From an uncultured Methanosarcinales archaeon (GTDB taxonomy: Archaea; Nanobdellota; Nanobdellia; Woesearchaeales; ARS49): a stretch of DNA of 64,000 nt. The stretch lies in assembly GCA_964497645.1 (NCBI GenBank), contig CAZCCU010000002.1:3525-67524 (forward strand), in the 5' to 3' direction. The notes below the pieces were generated by a model. It was not told the origin of the DNA, did not search any database, and saw nothing but the letters and a program-made list of their open reading frames with translations. Within the stretch, counting starts at the first letter, position 1. Every line of letters begins with the position of its first letter. Made by a program: the position numbers and the translations under genes. This document shows, piece by piece, positions 47,701 through 56,786 of this stretch.

Positions 47701-49809
47701 TACGCAAACGAACACGTGGCAGTTGTATACGACCTGATGGACTACATTTCCAACCATCCATGGGCGTCCTTCGATGAGTATAAGGAAACATACACCGATC
47801 AGGAGCATGAAGACAACACATACGCGCTTGAGGCATCAGAATTCGTACAGGACAAGTGCAATGGTTGCTCGGACACGCTCGTATTAGGAGACGATTTTGT
47901 AGTACCACATTACAGACGCAAAATAGACATAAGCACGTGGTTCGGACTTTCAGAAACCACCCAAGAACTTTATTCCGATATAGCATACGTAAAAAGGACA
48001 ACCAAGGACTTCGCAGAATTTGAAGAATTGTTCTACCAATCTGACAATTTCGATGGAAAAAATGTGCTGATAATACTGCCGGACAATGTTGACAGCGCAA
48101 AAAGGGAGCAAATTAACAAGCTCAAAAATTTCCTCGAGAATCACCCAGAAATCCAAGCAGATGTGAGCCAGCGTGATGGAAATGATGCAGAGTGCAACTC
48201 GCATCTTGCGTTCTCATACTATGACGGGCACACCGTGATAGTCATAGGCTCTGAAGAAACAAACAAAGCACTGCAGTGCTTCCCATTTGTAATTGAAAAC
48301 ACCCTTGAAACATTAACAATCGAGCGAAACCCATGGGACGGTAGAGGGTATGCGGTTGTAGTGAACAGCGACAACACGGATGTTTTGACGCTTTTTAATG
48401 ATATATTAGAAAAAGAGACTTACAAAAATCTGACCTCCTCAGGCTGGCTCGTGGCCAGAACAGCCGCAAATGTAGGAGCTGGAGTGGCGATAGGCTCTGT
48501 AGTCATTGCATCAGGAGGAACGGCTTCAATTGCTTTGCTTGCAGTAGGCACTGGCGCAAGCATTGCAACAGATGCTATCGATGGCGCGGAGTGTCTGAAA
48601 TTTGCCGGAGGGCAATGCACAGAATTCGCAGTAGGATTGCTTCTTCCATTCGGAGTGGACAAAATAGGAAAACCATTCTTGAAAGGCGCAATCGACATTT
48701 TCGGCCCAAAACTCAGGTATGCGTACACTGCGCTTGGGGAGAACATAATCGGCTTTCTCAAAAAAATGGGGAAGAGAGGACACTTGAAGTTCGGCAGCGG
48801 CTATCATTCAGTTCTAAAACTAATTAATGATCGCGTGGACGACCCCATTTCAGGCCCTCTTGTTGAATACTTGGCTAAATCTGGAGACGAGTTCACCACT
48901 TTCATCTCAAAGACTGGGGAAACAAACCCAACCCGCGCCTTGAGCATCCTAAAGACAGCGCACACTATGAAATTGGATTCTGCACAACTCAAAATCATAG
49001 CTGAACAAAGAGGCATTTCACAAAAAACGCTATTGAAGTATGTTGACGGACTTGATGATGTCATCAAACTTGCGTATCACGAACAAACTCATTATGCGTC
49101 AGGCCAACTGAGGCCGCTGATGAGAGGAATTTCTGATATAACAGGCACTACAGACGAAATATTGAACGCGGTTGAGGGAGGGTTTGCCAAAACCGGCGCA
49201 AAAACCGGCGGTTTTGATTTTGCGAGGCACATCGGCTCGGGCGGAGACACTGAGCAAGCTGTAACAAGCTTCGCGCATGATTTGGGAGTTGCATATCATT
49301 TCGCAGCAGAGAAAGGTAAAGGAGCCGGCATTATTCTGGTGTATGATCCGAGAATGGCAACCATGGTGGATTCTCAGGCATCACTCAAAGCACTCGATGG
49401 AGCCGTGCCAGGCGCAGAAGTCAAGATGTATAAGTCAACAACGTCAAAGACGGTGGAGGAAGTATACACGGATGCATTGGGCAACAATGAAGCAAATCTA
49501 CTCGGAAGGCCAAATATTGAGCACGTGGTTGGCTGGTATGAAGTCTGGAAAAATTCAGATGGGGCATTTGCAAAGAAGTTTGTTCCAAATCCAAAATATG
49601 TAGGAATTCAAAGCGAATGGGATCACATCAAGAGCATTGATAGTGTTAAGCAGTTGTATTTGGACAACGGAATCAGCAATTATAACACTCTAGTGGAGCG
49701 TACGAAAGAACTTGCCCGCAGACATGGAAATGAACTGGATCCTGCGGACCTCCCCATCTTTAATGAAATGAACGGCAATACTGATTTATGGCCTAGAGAG
49801 GTGGGCTAA
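44770..49809 (+). CDS. Giant (1679 aa) subtilisin-like serine protease (S8) fused to MopE-like Cys repeats, a TM segment and a C-terminal HExxH domain
   Basis: It starts at a TTG with a signal/lipobox-like LILLIACTQ. The S8 triad is DTGIGPHDD, HGTHVAG and GTSMSTPFVAG. Cys repeats of the CDGKDNDCDASIDEG type follow. A Gly/Ala-rich TM segment WLVARTAANVGAGVAIGSVVIASGGTASIALLAVG comes next, then a 450-aa domain containing AYHEQTHY. Confidence 0.85.
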   Translation: MEVGLTKARIPLLPIKGGLGVLTLFLILLIACTQADIIAKPTKLAEQIPPVQELSQESELEKATAVSPVTAAISLDEPKPKIDPKLVEELKELKRQKKHQRVRVLLEATDEESLERVREAVKRAGGTVYESFSIGDIAVAELHSDKIEEVVQAAGVEQISAEKEYVALLQDRIPAFSIDTAWSNNITGKNVKIAILDTGIGPHDDIIVAAGQSFVSGEDTADQSGHGTHVAGIAQGIAKDAVIYNAKVLNKNGAGTTSQILAGINWAVEQDVDIISMSFGGMFTELDGPLSSAVKEAIQNGVIFVVASGNCKQGCGGFYGVTTPGNVKEVITVGAVDDNNVVASFSSGDTFDGYIKPDLVAPGIDITSAWLNNGEKTVSGTSMSTPFVAGVTALLLEKEPGLTHEQVKQRLESTATDLGDAGKDERYGVGLISVPKLIQPDLIVNQTIQNYTEVSRTRNLSEMLPYVLTNYTVLYEEGNRGSYQYTTIEGDNVTVSFSISKPENSTELATQMQLPSQVEPSDSVPAILEFLAGDRPPQSTPPTYLTFEIRDTAGALEGIPPSYTITQFFRDLLYSADPSDIVTIGIIFTAPSSYETFTAYAYMWNFLVADPVMIDIDSGGKSFDVVSNANPFDECDRDSECPDDRWRGGTYCQDGDIYQDYRDWYCLGASTRYSSCEVDTYPRKKEECGSNECWNDQCIPPCQDADKDGIGLAFPCPIFGDCDDNDATVYGGAPELCDGKDNDCDASIDEGLADLPELCDNNLDDNCDGHINENCPCGKNSDCFPGMACEFEWYSGTCQPLSCTNRCTPGTYTCSSGSIYECKDSNGDGCTEQVYRTFCGSGRCQNGQSNCLTTSSVVVRIEESEGSIYVQPGDAITVSLYPSGTQTVQLEYSSIFSLNTSTCSNSAFSISSKKECRFQVSPTAARGRYHIGVNSGDRKYILVRTNPNMLILTNKDKLRELYKDTSGVNSLLRQTYAYANEHVAVVYDLMDYISNHPWASFDEYKETYTDQEHEDNTYALEASEFVQDKCNGCSDTLVLGDDFVVPHYRRKIDISTWFGLSETTQELYSDIAYVKRTTKDFAEFEELFYQSDNFDGKNVLIILPDNVDSAKREQINKLKNFLENHPEIQADVSQRDGNDAECNSHLAFSYYDGHTVIVIGSEETNKALQCFPFVIENTLETLTIERNPWDGRGYAVVVNSDNTDVLTLFNDILEKETYKNLTSSGWLVARTAANVGAGVAIGSVVIASGGTASIALLAVGTGASIATDAIDGAECLKFAGGQCTEFAVGLLLPFGVDKIGKPFLKGAIDIFGPKLRYAYTALGENIIGFLKKMGKRGHLKFGSGYHSVLKLINDRVDDPISGPLVEYLAKSGDEFTTFISKTGETNPTRALSILKTAHTMKLDSAQLKIIAEQRGISQKTLLKYVDGLDDVIKLAYHEQTHYASGQLRPLMRGISDITGTTDEILNAVEGGFAKTGAKTGGFDFARHIGSGGDTEQAVTSFAHDLGVAYHFAAEKGKGAGIILVYDPRMATMVDSQASLKALDGAVPGAEVKMYKSTTSKTVEEVYTDALGNNEANLLGRPNIEHVVGWYEVWKNSDGAFAKKFVPNPKYVGIQSEWDHIKSIDSVKQLYLDNGISNYNTLVERTKELARRHGNELDPADLPIFNEMNGNTDLWPREVG

Positions 49810-50721
49810 ATGGAGATACATCTTGGTTCATTAAATGCAGGTGCTCCGAGACCAAAAGTCAATCAGACAGACGAACTAAAGCGAGCTCCAAGCGAAATAC
49901 TCTCGTGGCCACAGTCACATGGGTATATCAAAGGTCCAATAGAATTCAACATTCTCTGTGATCTAGTCCTAAAGGACATGCGTGCTGGCAGCTATCAGGA
50001 ACTTCTTCATAGATGCATAAAGGAAGGTCACTTGCCTTCTGAAGAGAAACCAACCTATATTCTGCTAACTAACGGGACATTCAAATTTACTACTTCTGCC
50101 ACAAGATTTTCAATTTCTATCATAGATTATACCCAGTACGAAGCTGCCTGCGAGGGAATTTTCGATATTCTAAAAGTCCTTACTGAACATGATTTGATCA
50201 GCAAGTTCCAGATTAGTCCTACCTATTTCCCGATCTACGATCATGGAAAACTCATATACTATGTAATACGCCATATTATTCCGCATTATGATACATACAG
50301 TGCATTTGACAAGAATTTCGACAAGTTTGAAAATTGTTTCAAACATCGCGCCAAGAACGGCCAGCTTATTTTCATGTTCAGATACGAAGATCCAATAAAA
50401 CTTTCAAACATTCCAAAAAAATACCTCGACACCATCGATCTCAAAATTGAAAATGTCCCATACCCAGAGCCAGTATATATTGCACAATTCAGGCAGGACA
50501 AACTTTACAAATACTTAGTACACGTTGGCGAAATGGGTGATCATCTAGGAAGGCACTGGCAACGTGATACAAAAATCATTCTGACTGTTGACAATGTTGA
50601 AGACGTTGCCAGCGCAATTGAGCACAAACTCGCCTTGTTCGGATTCAAAATTGAGAACTTTGAACAATTCAAACAAAAAATACATGAAGCTGGAAAAAAG
50701 GTGCTTATCAGTGAAGCATAA
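49810..50721 (+). CDS. Hypothetical cytoplasmic protein immediately abutting the giant protease gene
   Basis: Its ATG directly follows the TAA at 49807-49809. It is 303 aa with no signal peptide or TM helix. No motif was recognised. Confidence 0.55.
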   Translation: MEIHLGSLNAGAPRPKVNQTDELKRAPSEILSWPQSHGYIKGPIEFNILCDLVLKDMRAGSYQELLHRCIKEGHLPSEEKPTYILLTNGTFKFTTSATRFSISIIDYTQYEAACEGIFDILKVLTEHDLISKFQISPTYFPIYDHGKLIYYVIRHIIPHYDTYSAFDKNFDKFENCFKHRAKNGQLIFMFRYEDPIKLSNIPKKYLDTIDLKIENVPYPEPVYIAQFRQDKLYKYLVHVGEMGDHLGRHWQRDTKIILTVDNVEDVASAIEHKLALFGFKIENFEQFKQKIHEAGKKVLISEA

Positions 50722-53700
50722 GCCTGTTACCTGGATTTTCGCATTCATTCTTGTAATCACTATAGCGGCAGCTGTGCCCGTGAACCACGAAACCACATCT
50801 GTCTCAAGAATAGTTGCTGACAGTCCCGGACAAATGCGCAGGCAACTGTTTACAAGCGGGTTTACACTGCAAGATGCAGAACTGTTCACACAGCGCACAT
50901 TTGAAACAAGATATGATGTCAATAGTATCATGACTAGCCAGTTCCAATCAATGAGTTCAATGCCGCAATTCAGCGGATGGAGATTTGCAGACGTGGAAGA
51001 CCAACTCTCCAACGGGCAAAACAATTACTTAGTGCTTAATTCAAGAACGTCCAGCACACCATATAGCACAAGCCAAGGAACAATTGATGATATCAATGAT
51101 TGGGAATTAACTGAAAAAAATCTGTTCGTATTTGATTCGAAATACGCAGGACTGCACATGCCTGCAAGAACATCCTTCACCAGCAAACTCAGCGCCAAAG
51201 CACCATATATCGCGCCATTATCCTATCCGAGCGCACAATTCGTAAAATCACTCGTATGCAATCTCGGAAAACATCCACGCTTGGGAGAAGCGTTCAGGCA
51301 AGCACGCAATAACTACTACATTAACACCAATCTGCGCTCGGAATTTCTAGGACTCACGCTGCTATCATACGCGTTATATGGCTCGCCAAGAACAAACGTT
51401 CTAATCCCAACCTGGAACACCCAAGCACGACAAAGACTGTGCGGTGAATACGATAACACATACGGAACACAGGCAGCAGATATCCTTGAGATACAACAAC
51501 ACCAACTTGTGAAACAGGTCACAGCAAACATGGGAGAGCCAACGACCGCAGCATACGATGAATTCACCATAATAGAAACACCCAACACGCAGTCAAAATT
51601 CGCAGAAGACGAACTCATAACACCCTTCAAGACAGAAATCACAAAATTCCCACTAAATACGTTAATCACAAACGTCACTTTCATCGGATTTGAGGATCCT
51701 GTTGAGCTAACAGTGGACGATACGCCAATGTGGAACGGAGACTCAATGCAGGAAAAAACATGCTACACAGAAACGGACAGCCCAACAGCAGAATTCTCAT
51801 ATGCAGTTTCAGAAGAAGAACTCGTGGTTGTAGCGCACATAAATCCAGTGGAAGTCATAAGCTGCAGCCAAGGCAGATTCAAAATTTACAAAACAGCCAG
51901 ATATCAAATCGAGTACACTCCAAACTCACCTATCCTGATAGAAGAGGTGATCCATCCTGCAACAATGACTCCAAACCAAACCACCAACATCCAAGTAGAG
52001 ATAGAGAATATACAGTCAGAACCTGTAACTGGCATACTTGCACTTGTAGGAGAAGAGGGCGTAATATCAACAGTGGAAGTAACCAGCACACAAACATCAT
52101 ACTACCTGGAACTCATAGCTCCTGAAGAAGGACTGCACAATTACAGAATAGAATTCGTCCAGGAAAACGAATCAAAAACATTTTCTGAATTTGAGATAAA
52201 TGTAGCGGTTTTAGAAGCACAGCTGATAATACCCGAAATTGTAGGCCAAAGCGCAACTGTCACACTGGAAATAACAAATATGCTGTCAGAGACAATCAAT
52301 GCCACGATCAATGACATTCTAACCCACGATGAACAAACAATAACGAGCAATGACCAGGAAATGCAACTTCCTCCTGGAACAACCACCATTAATTTGGAAT
52401 ATGACAATCTTGAAAAAGAGGCTATCAGCTATGACTTATTGGTAAATATCGCTTACCTGGAAACAAACAAACTACTATGGGGCACAATAATAACAAACCA
52501 CGCACCAACAATACTCCAAGGAAATGTAGTCCTGAAAGAAGGCGACACGGTACAAATAACTCCAGAAGTAACTGACCTGGACGAAGATGATGTAAGCATG
52601 ACAATCGATTCGCCACTCCCGCTTGATGGAAGCTATACTCTGGCGTATGAAGACTCTGGCGTGTACATAATATCAATAGAAGCATCAGACGGAATAATCA
52701 CAATTGAAAAAACAATCTCTCTAACGGTGGAAAACGTCAACAGGCCGCCAACACTGACAGTGCCAGAAACAATCACGGTCAGCGAAGGCCAAGAAGCATC
52801 GATTGGCGCTTCTGCGAGCGATCCTGACAACCAAAACAGCGTAAACAATGACGACAATGCGTTAACAATCACGTATAGTGCGCCATTTGACTCAAATGGA
52901 AAGTACACGCCAAGCTATGACGCATCAGGAGAATTCACAACACTGGTCAGCGTAAGCGACGGGGAATTCACTGACACAAAAATTGTGACAGTCACAGTCC
53001 TAAACGTCAACAGGCCACCGCACCTGAATGATTTGACTGATATCACAATCAATGAAGGAGAAACAGTCTACGCACAAGTTGGAAGAGATCCAGACAACGA
53101 GAACATAGATCCAAGCGATGACAACAACATCACACACCGCTACTTCAACGTTCCACTCGACCACGAAGGCAAATGGAAAACCAACCACGAGAACAGCGGC
53201 AATTATACTGTTGGCGTGGAAGTTTCTGATGGAACGCTTGGAGTGAGAAAAAATGTCAGGCTAACAATATTGAACGTCAACAGGCCGCCAGTAATCTCCG
53301 CGCCGGAAGTAATCTACGCGAATGGCTCTGCTGACCTGTCAGTCTATATTTCAGACCCTGACAATATGAACTCTGTCACAAACGATGACAACGTGCTTAC
53401 CATAAATTACGGAGGCAGCCCATTCGACGCAAACGGAGTATGGTCGCCAACAATACCAGACAGCACAGCATACACTACAATCACCGTATCAGACGGCGAA
53501 TTCACAGTCAGCAAATATGTGGCAGTCCACGTAGCACAAGTAAATGTTCCACCAGCGCAAACACCGCCAGCACCACAAACACTGCCATCTGAATCAACAC
53601 AGCCAACTGAAACAATCACGCCTGTGACAACCACGCCTCCTGTGGAAACAATTCCGCCGGCGCCAGCGCCACAACCAACAACCGAGCCTGAAGGAACAGC

Positions 53701-54772
53701 TGAACCAAATCCAGAAACAACTCCAACAGAAGAAACAACAACAGAAGAGAATATCACAGCTTCGCCAGCGCCAGTGGTAGTAATTGTACCACCAGCCACA
53801 GACTCAACTTCAACAGCACCAGCAGTGCAACCAGCGCCAGCTCCTGCACTGACTGAAACACCAGCAGTACCAGCACCCGCACTGACAGAAACCCAGCCGA
53901 CACAACAAACAGCAACACAAAATACGGCGGCAGCACAAATTGACGAACTCAGCATTCAAGTGAAAGTCGGCAGCAAAAAAGTAGAAGACGGAGACTCAGT
54001 CAAAGTAAAACCAGACAAAGAACTCAAAATAGAAATAGACATAAAGAACAATGCCGCGGAAGAAAAAGAAATAGAAATAGAAGCGAGCATAGACGACCTA
54101 GACCAAGACGAAGAAGACAGCGTAACACTAGATCCAAACGAACAAGAAGAGTTCAAATACACATTTGACATTCCAAGACTCACAGAAGACGACGAATACG
54201 ACCTGGACATATTCGTACGAGATTCAAAACAAACCAGAGAATGGAATATTCTACTAAAAATAGACAAACCATCACACGAAGTAAACATCAAACAGTTCAG
54301 CATAACACCTGAAATCGTTCAATGCGAGCAGACAAGCGCAGAATTACAGCTCAAGTTAGAAAACACAGGCAAAAACGACGAAGAAGGCACCATACTCTTT
54401 GAAAGCGCCACGCTTGACATTTTGGAGACCATGCCATTTGATCTGGCCGAAGGAGAATCAAAACTGTACAAGAAAACAATCAGCGCGCTAAAAACAGGAA
54501 CACACGACATCAAAGCAAAAGCAGACTATGGCAAAACAGAAGAGCAAACCAAGACGCTCACTGTTCAGCCATGCATCGCAGAAGAAGCAACCGTCACGCA
54601 CGCAGAGCCTGAAACTCCACGAGTAGGCATCAGCAGCGGACAACAAATGGCAAAAACAGTAACAAACGCGGACACAATGCCAGCGAAAGACATAGCCAGC
54701 ATAGCATTTGTGATACTATCAGGATTATTCGCGGTCACGCTGATCATTTTCGCGATGCGATTTAGAAACTAG
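50684..54772 (+). CDS. Giant (about 1360 aa) type-I surface protein with cadherin-like VNRPP repeats
   Basis: The signal peptide is KHKPVTWIFAFILVITIAAAVPVNHE. The start could be the ATG at 50684 or the GTG at 50711, and both overlap the upstream gene. Repeats ending VENVNRPPTL, VLNVNRPPHL and ILNVNRPPVI follow. A Pro/Thr linker contains a tandem PAVPAPALTET pair. A CARDB-like acidic domain comes next, then the C-terminal TM helix IASIAFVILSGLFAVTLIIFA and RFRN. Confidence 0.75.
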   Translation: MKLEKRCLSVKHKPVTWIFAFILVITIAAAVPVNHETTSVSRIVADSPGQMRRQLFTSGFTLQDAELFTQRTFETRYDVNSIMTSQFQSMSSMPQFSGWRFADVEDQLSNGQNNYLVLNSRTSSTPYSTSQGTIDDINDWELTEKNLFVFDSKYAGLHMPARTSFTSKLSAKAPYIAPLSYPSAQFVKSLVCNLGKHPRLGEAFRQARNNYYINTNLRSEFLGLTLLSYALYGSPRTNVLIPTWNTQARQRLCGEYDNTYGTQAADILEIQQHQLVKQVTANMGEPTTAAYDEFTIIETPNTQSKFAEDELITPFKTEITKFPLNTLITNVTFIGFEDPVELTVDDTPMWNGDSMQEKTCYTETDSPTAEFSYAVSEEELVVVAHINPVEVISCSQGRFKIYKTARYQIEYTPNSPILIEEVIHPATMTPNQTTNIQVEIENIQSEPVTGILALVGEEGVISTVEVTSTQTSYYLELIAPEEGLHNYRIEFVQENESKTFSEFEINVAVLEAQLIIPEIVGQSATVTLEITNMLSETINATINDILTHDEQTITSNDQEMQLPPGTTTINLEYDNLEKEAISYDLLVNIAYLETNKLLWGTIITNHAPTILQGNVVLKEGDTVQITPEVTDLDEDDVSMTIDSPLPLDGSYTLAYEDSGVYIISIEASDGIITIEKTISLTVENVNRPPTLTVPETITVSEGQEASIGASASDPDNQNSVNNDDNALTITYSAPFDSNGKYTPSYDASGEFTTLVSVSDGEFTDTKIVTVTVLNVNRPPHLNDLTDITINEGETVYAQVGRDPDNENIDPSDDNNITHRYFNVPLDHEGKWKTNHENSGNYTVGVEVSDGTLGVRKNVRLTILNVNRPPVISAPEVIYANGSADLSVYISDPDNMNSVTNDDNVLTINYGGSPFDANGVWSPTIPDSTAYTTITVSDGEFTVSKYVAVHVAQVNVPPAQTPPAPQTLPSESTQPTETITPVTTTPPVETIPPAPAPQPTTEPEGTAEPNPETTPTEETTTEENITASPAPVVVIVPPATDSTSTAPAVQPAPAPALTETPAVPAPALTETQPTQQTATQNTAAAQIDELSIQVKVGSKKVEDGDSVKVKPDKELKIEIDIKNNAAEEKEIEIEASIDDLDQDEEDSVTLDPNEQEEFKYTFDIPRLTEDDEYDLDIFVRDSKQTREWNILLKIDKPSHEVNIKQFSITPEIVQCEQTSAELQLKLENTGKNDEEGTILFESATLDILETMPFDLAEGESKLYKKTISALKTGTHDIKAKADYGKTEEQTKTLTVQPCIAEEATVTHAEPETPRVGISSGQQMAKTVTNADTMPAKDIASIAFVILSGLFAVTLIIFAMRFRN
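53826..53894 (+). repeat. Tandem duplicated about-33-bp unit encoding PAVPAPALTET x2 in the Pro/Thr linker
   Basis: ccagcgccagctcctgcactgactgaaaca is followed by ccagcagtaccagcacccgcactgacagaaacc. Confidence 0.6.
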
Positions 54773-55656
54773 CCGTGAGCACTCAATAAATGCAGACCTT
54801 TCGCAGCATTCTGCAGATCATTCTTTCTGATAATCTTCTGAGACCACCTTTCTGGAATATTCTTAAAACCATAATGCGCTCCAGCTATCGCTCCAGCAAT
54901 CGCACCAGTAGTATCAGCGTCCCCACCAAGATTCACAACAGCAACAAGCGTGTCCTCAAACGAATTTCGAGAAAAAACCGCATAAAACACTGCTTTGAGC
55001 GTGTCAATAATATAACCAGAAGGCCTGTGCACTGGAGACTTTTGATAAAGACAAGATGTCAGTCTGCCGTCGATAGGAAGCCGTGCCGCGATCTCCAGTG
55101 CCTCTGTCAACGAACTGCCAGCCAACAATTTGGCTATGATTTCATTCACAAGCACGCACGCGGATATGCACAGAGGATTAGCATGAGTTATAGAAGAATC
55201 CTCCCTGCTGTAATGCGCCCTTTTTTCAGAATTGTTCCAATAGGCGATTCCAATAGGAGCGCAACGCATTGCGCTGCCATTAGCAGCTGCTGGTGCAGGT
55301 ACACCTGAAGAAACAGGACTAACACCTTTCTTAATAGCAGTAAGCGCTGTTCTGGTAGTCACTCCCATGTCAACAGGACCGCTCTCCAGCCATTCAACAT
55401 ACTTCTTAGCAGCGCCAAAAAGATCATAACCACCGCACTCAATAATTGAGTTGGCAAGACAAAGAGCCATGTCAGTATCATCGCTAACCTCGCCAGCATC
55501 CACAGACAACCAGCCACCGCCTATGATCTCCTTATGGACTTTATGCTGGCGCCAAATTTCATCAGGACTCATGCGCTCAACAGTCAAGCCTAGAGCATCA
55601 CCTACAGCCAACCCGAACATACAGCCTAACATCTTATCAAAATCAATGCCGCCCAT
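54769..55656 (-). CDS. ADP-ribosylglycohydrolase (DraG/ARH family)
   Basis: GLAVGDALG, SDDTDMAL, GSAMR and the C-terminal NLGGDADTTGAIAGAIAGAHYG are all family hallmarks. Confidence 0.9.
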   Translation of the reverse strand: MGGIDFDKMLGCMFGLAVGDALGLTVERMSPDEIWRQHKVHKEIIGGGWLSVDAGEVSDDTDMALCLANSIIECGGYDLFGAAKKYVEWLESGPVDMGVTTRTALTAIKKGVSPVSSGVPAPAAANGSAMRCAPIGIAYWNNSEKRAHYSREDSSITHANPLCISACVLVNEIIAKLLAGSSLTEALEIAARLPIDGRLTSCLYQKSPVHRPSGYIIDTLKAVFYAVFSRNSFEDTLVAVVNLGGDADTTGAIAGAIAGAHYGFKNIPERWSQKIIRKNDLQNAAKGLHLLSAHG

Positions 55657-55720
55657 TAGCTCTCCAGAATGTCATAATAAATACAGGTATGTGGAGTATA
55701 AAAGATTTGCGCAACCGCGC

Positions 55721-55963
55721 TTAATCGTGCGTGTCCAGATTAAACACGGCACCAGAATCCTTCAAAGCATTCGCAACATTGTCGCCTAACGCCAGAACTT
55801 CAGATTTTGACGGGTTTTTGCCCTTCCAGTCAAACACAAAATCAAACGGGCCAAACTCAGTAGTGAAGCCAAGAGATTCCAAGCGTTTAGAAGTTTCTGA
55901 TGCTGAAACTCCTTTTGTCCCAAAATACATCACCAAATATGTTTTAAAACCCATATCAATCAC
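55721..55963 (-). CDS. Small hypothetical protein upstream of the glycohydrolase
   Basis: It is an 80-aa ORF with protein-like composition, 65 bp upstream on the same strand as the ADP-ribosylglycohydrolase gene. It conflicts with the 5' part of track ORF 55731-56786, which looks spurious. Confidence 0.35.
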   Translation of the reverse strand: MIDMGFKTYLVMYFGTKGVSASETSKRLESLGFTTEFGPFDFVFDWKGKNPSKSEVLALGDNVANALKDSGAVFNLDTHD

Positions 55964-56156
55964 AACCGCGGCTTTCTTATATAAAATTATCTGTCAAGAA
56001 CACTTGGGTGTTCTTGAGCATGCGTCAGAAATCCACATAAATAATCATAAATTGTGCGGATTTCTGATCGCACTCGGAAAGCTGTGCTTTCCGATGCTCG
56101 GAAACCAAGGTTTCCAACATGTAAGGTTTTTAAAGAAACGCGGGCTTCCATGCGTT

Positions 56157-56786
56157 ATGAAAAAAGAGCTGCTGATGATACTATTCATCCTTGGACTGCC
56201 AACAGTTTTCATAATGAGCTTAGGACCACAATCAACAGGAGCGCTAGTCAATGGCATTGCACAGGTACGCGTTGACCAAATAAATCTCGCTATGAACTTT
56301 CCAATAGTGCTAGAACTGCCATACAAAGTAATAACTTACAGGGTAAGACAACATCTGAGAAACATGGCAAACGAAGGCTACTATTATCCAGACGGGCTCG
56401 GAAATGGAGATGGATATTACCTGGAAATGCTCAACCTGTTTCCAGACTTGCTGAGGCTGGCATGCCTGCGCCCGTACGAAGACCACTACATCAGCGCGAG
56501 CGGAAGAGCAATACTAATCCCGTGGAACAGATGGGCTGATGGAGAGTTCACAGACATCGGACAAATACCTTGTAATCCAGAACTAGCGCAAAAATCAGAA
56601 GAAACACTAGATGGACTTGTGGAATTGAACAACAAACTTCTGGAAATAACGATGCAAAACAGCAAATGCCCGGAGCTTGCTGCAGACAGCATGACATTAG
56701 CGCAAGAAAATGTTGAGAAAGGCAATTACGAAGCGGCAATCACCAACTGGAGAAGCGCCTGGAGCAAGGCAAAGAGCTGCGCATGA
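56157..56786 (+). CDS. Secreted hypothetical protein
   Basis: The track ORF is trimmed to the internal ATG that precedes a clear signal peptide, MKKELLMILFILGLPTVFIMSLGPQS. Confidence 0.5.
   Translation: MKKELLMILFILGLPTVFIMSLGPQSTGALVNGIAQVRVDQINLAMNFPIVLELPYKVITYRVRQHLRNMANEGYYYPDGLGNGDGYYLEMLNLFPDLLRLACLRPYEDHYISASGRAILIPWNRWADGEFTDIGQIPCNPELAQKSEETLDGLVELNNKLLEITMQNSKCPELAADSMTLAQENVEKGNYEAAITNWRSAWSKAKSCA

Noticed and set aside
53407-53955. A 182-aa minus-strand Gly/Val/Ala-rich ORF
   Set aside because: It is antisense to the Pro/Thr/Ala-rich linker of the giant gene. The translation is low-complexity.
55731-56156. 5' 142 codons of track ORF 55731-56786
   Set aside because: This stretch is antisense to a more protein-like 80-aa ORF and lacks any signal peptide. 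The internal ATG at 56157 precedes a clear signal peptide, so the gene was trimmed to that start.
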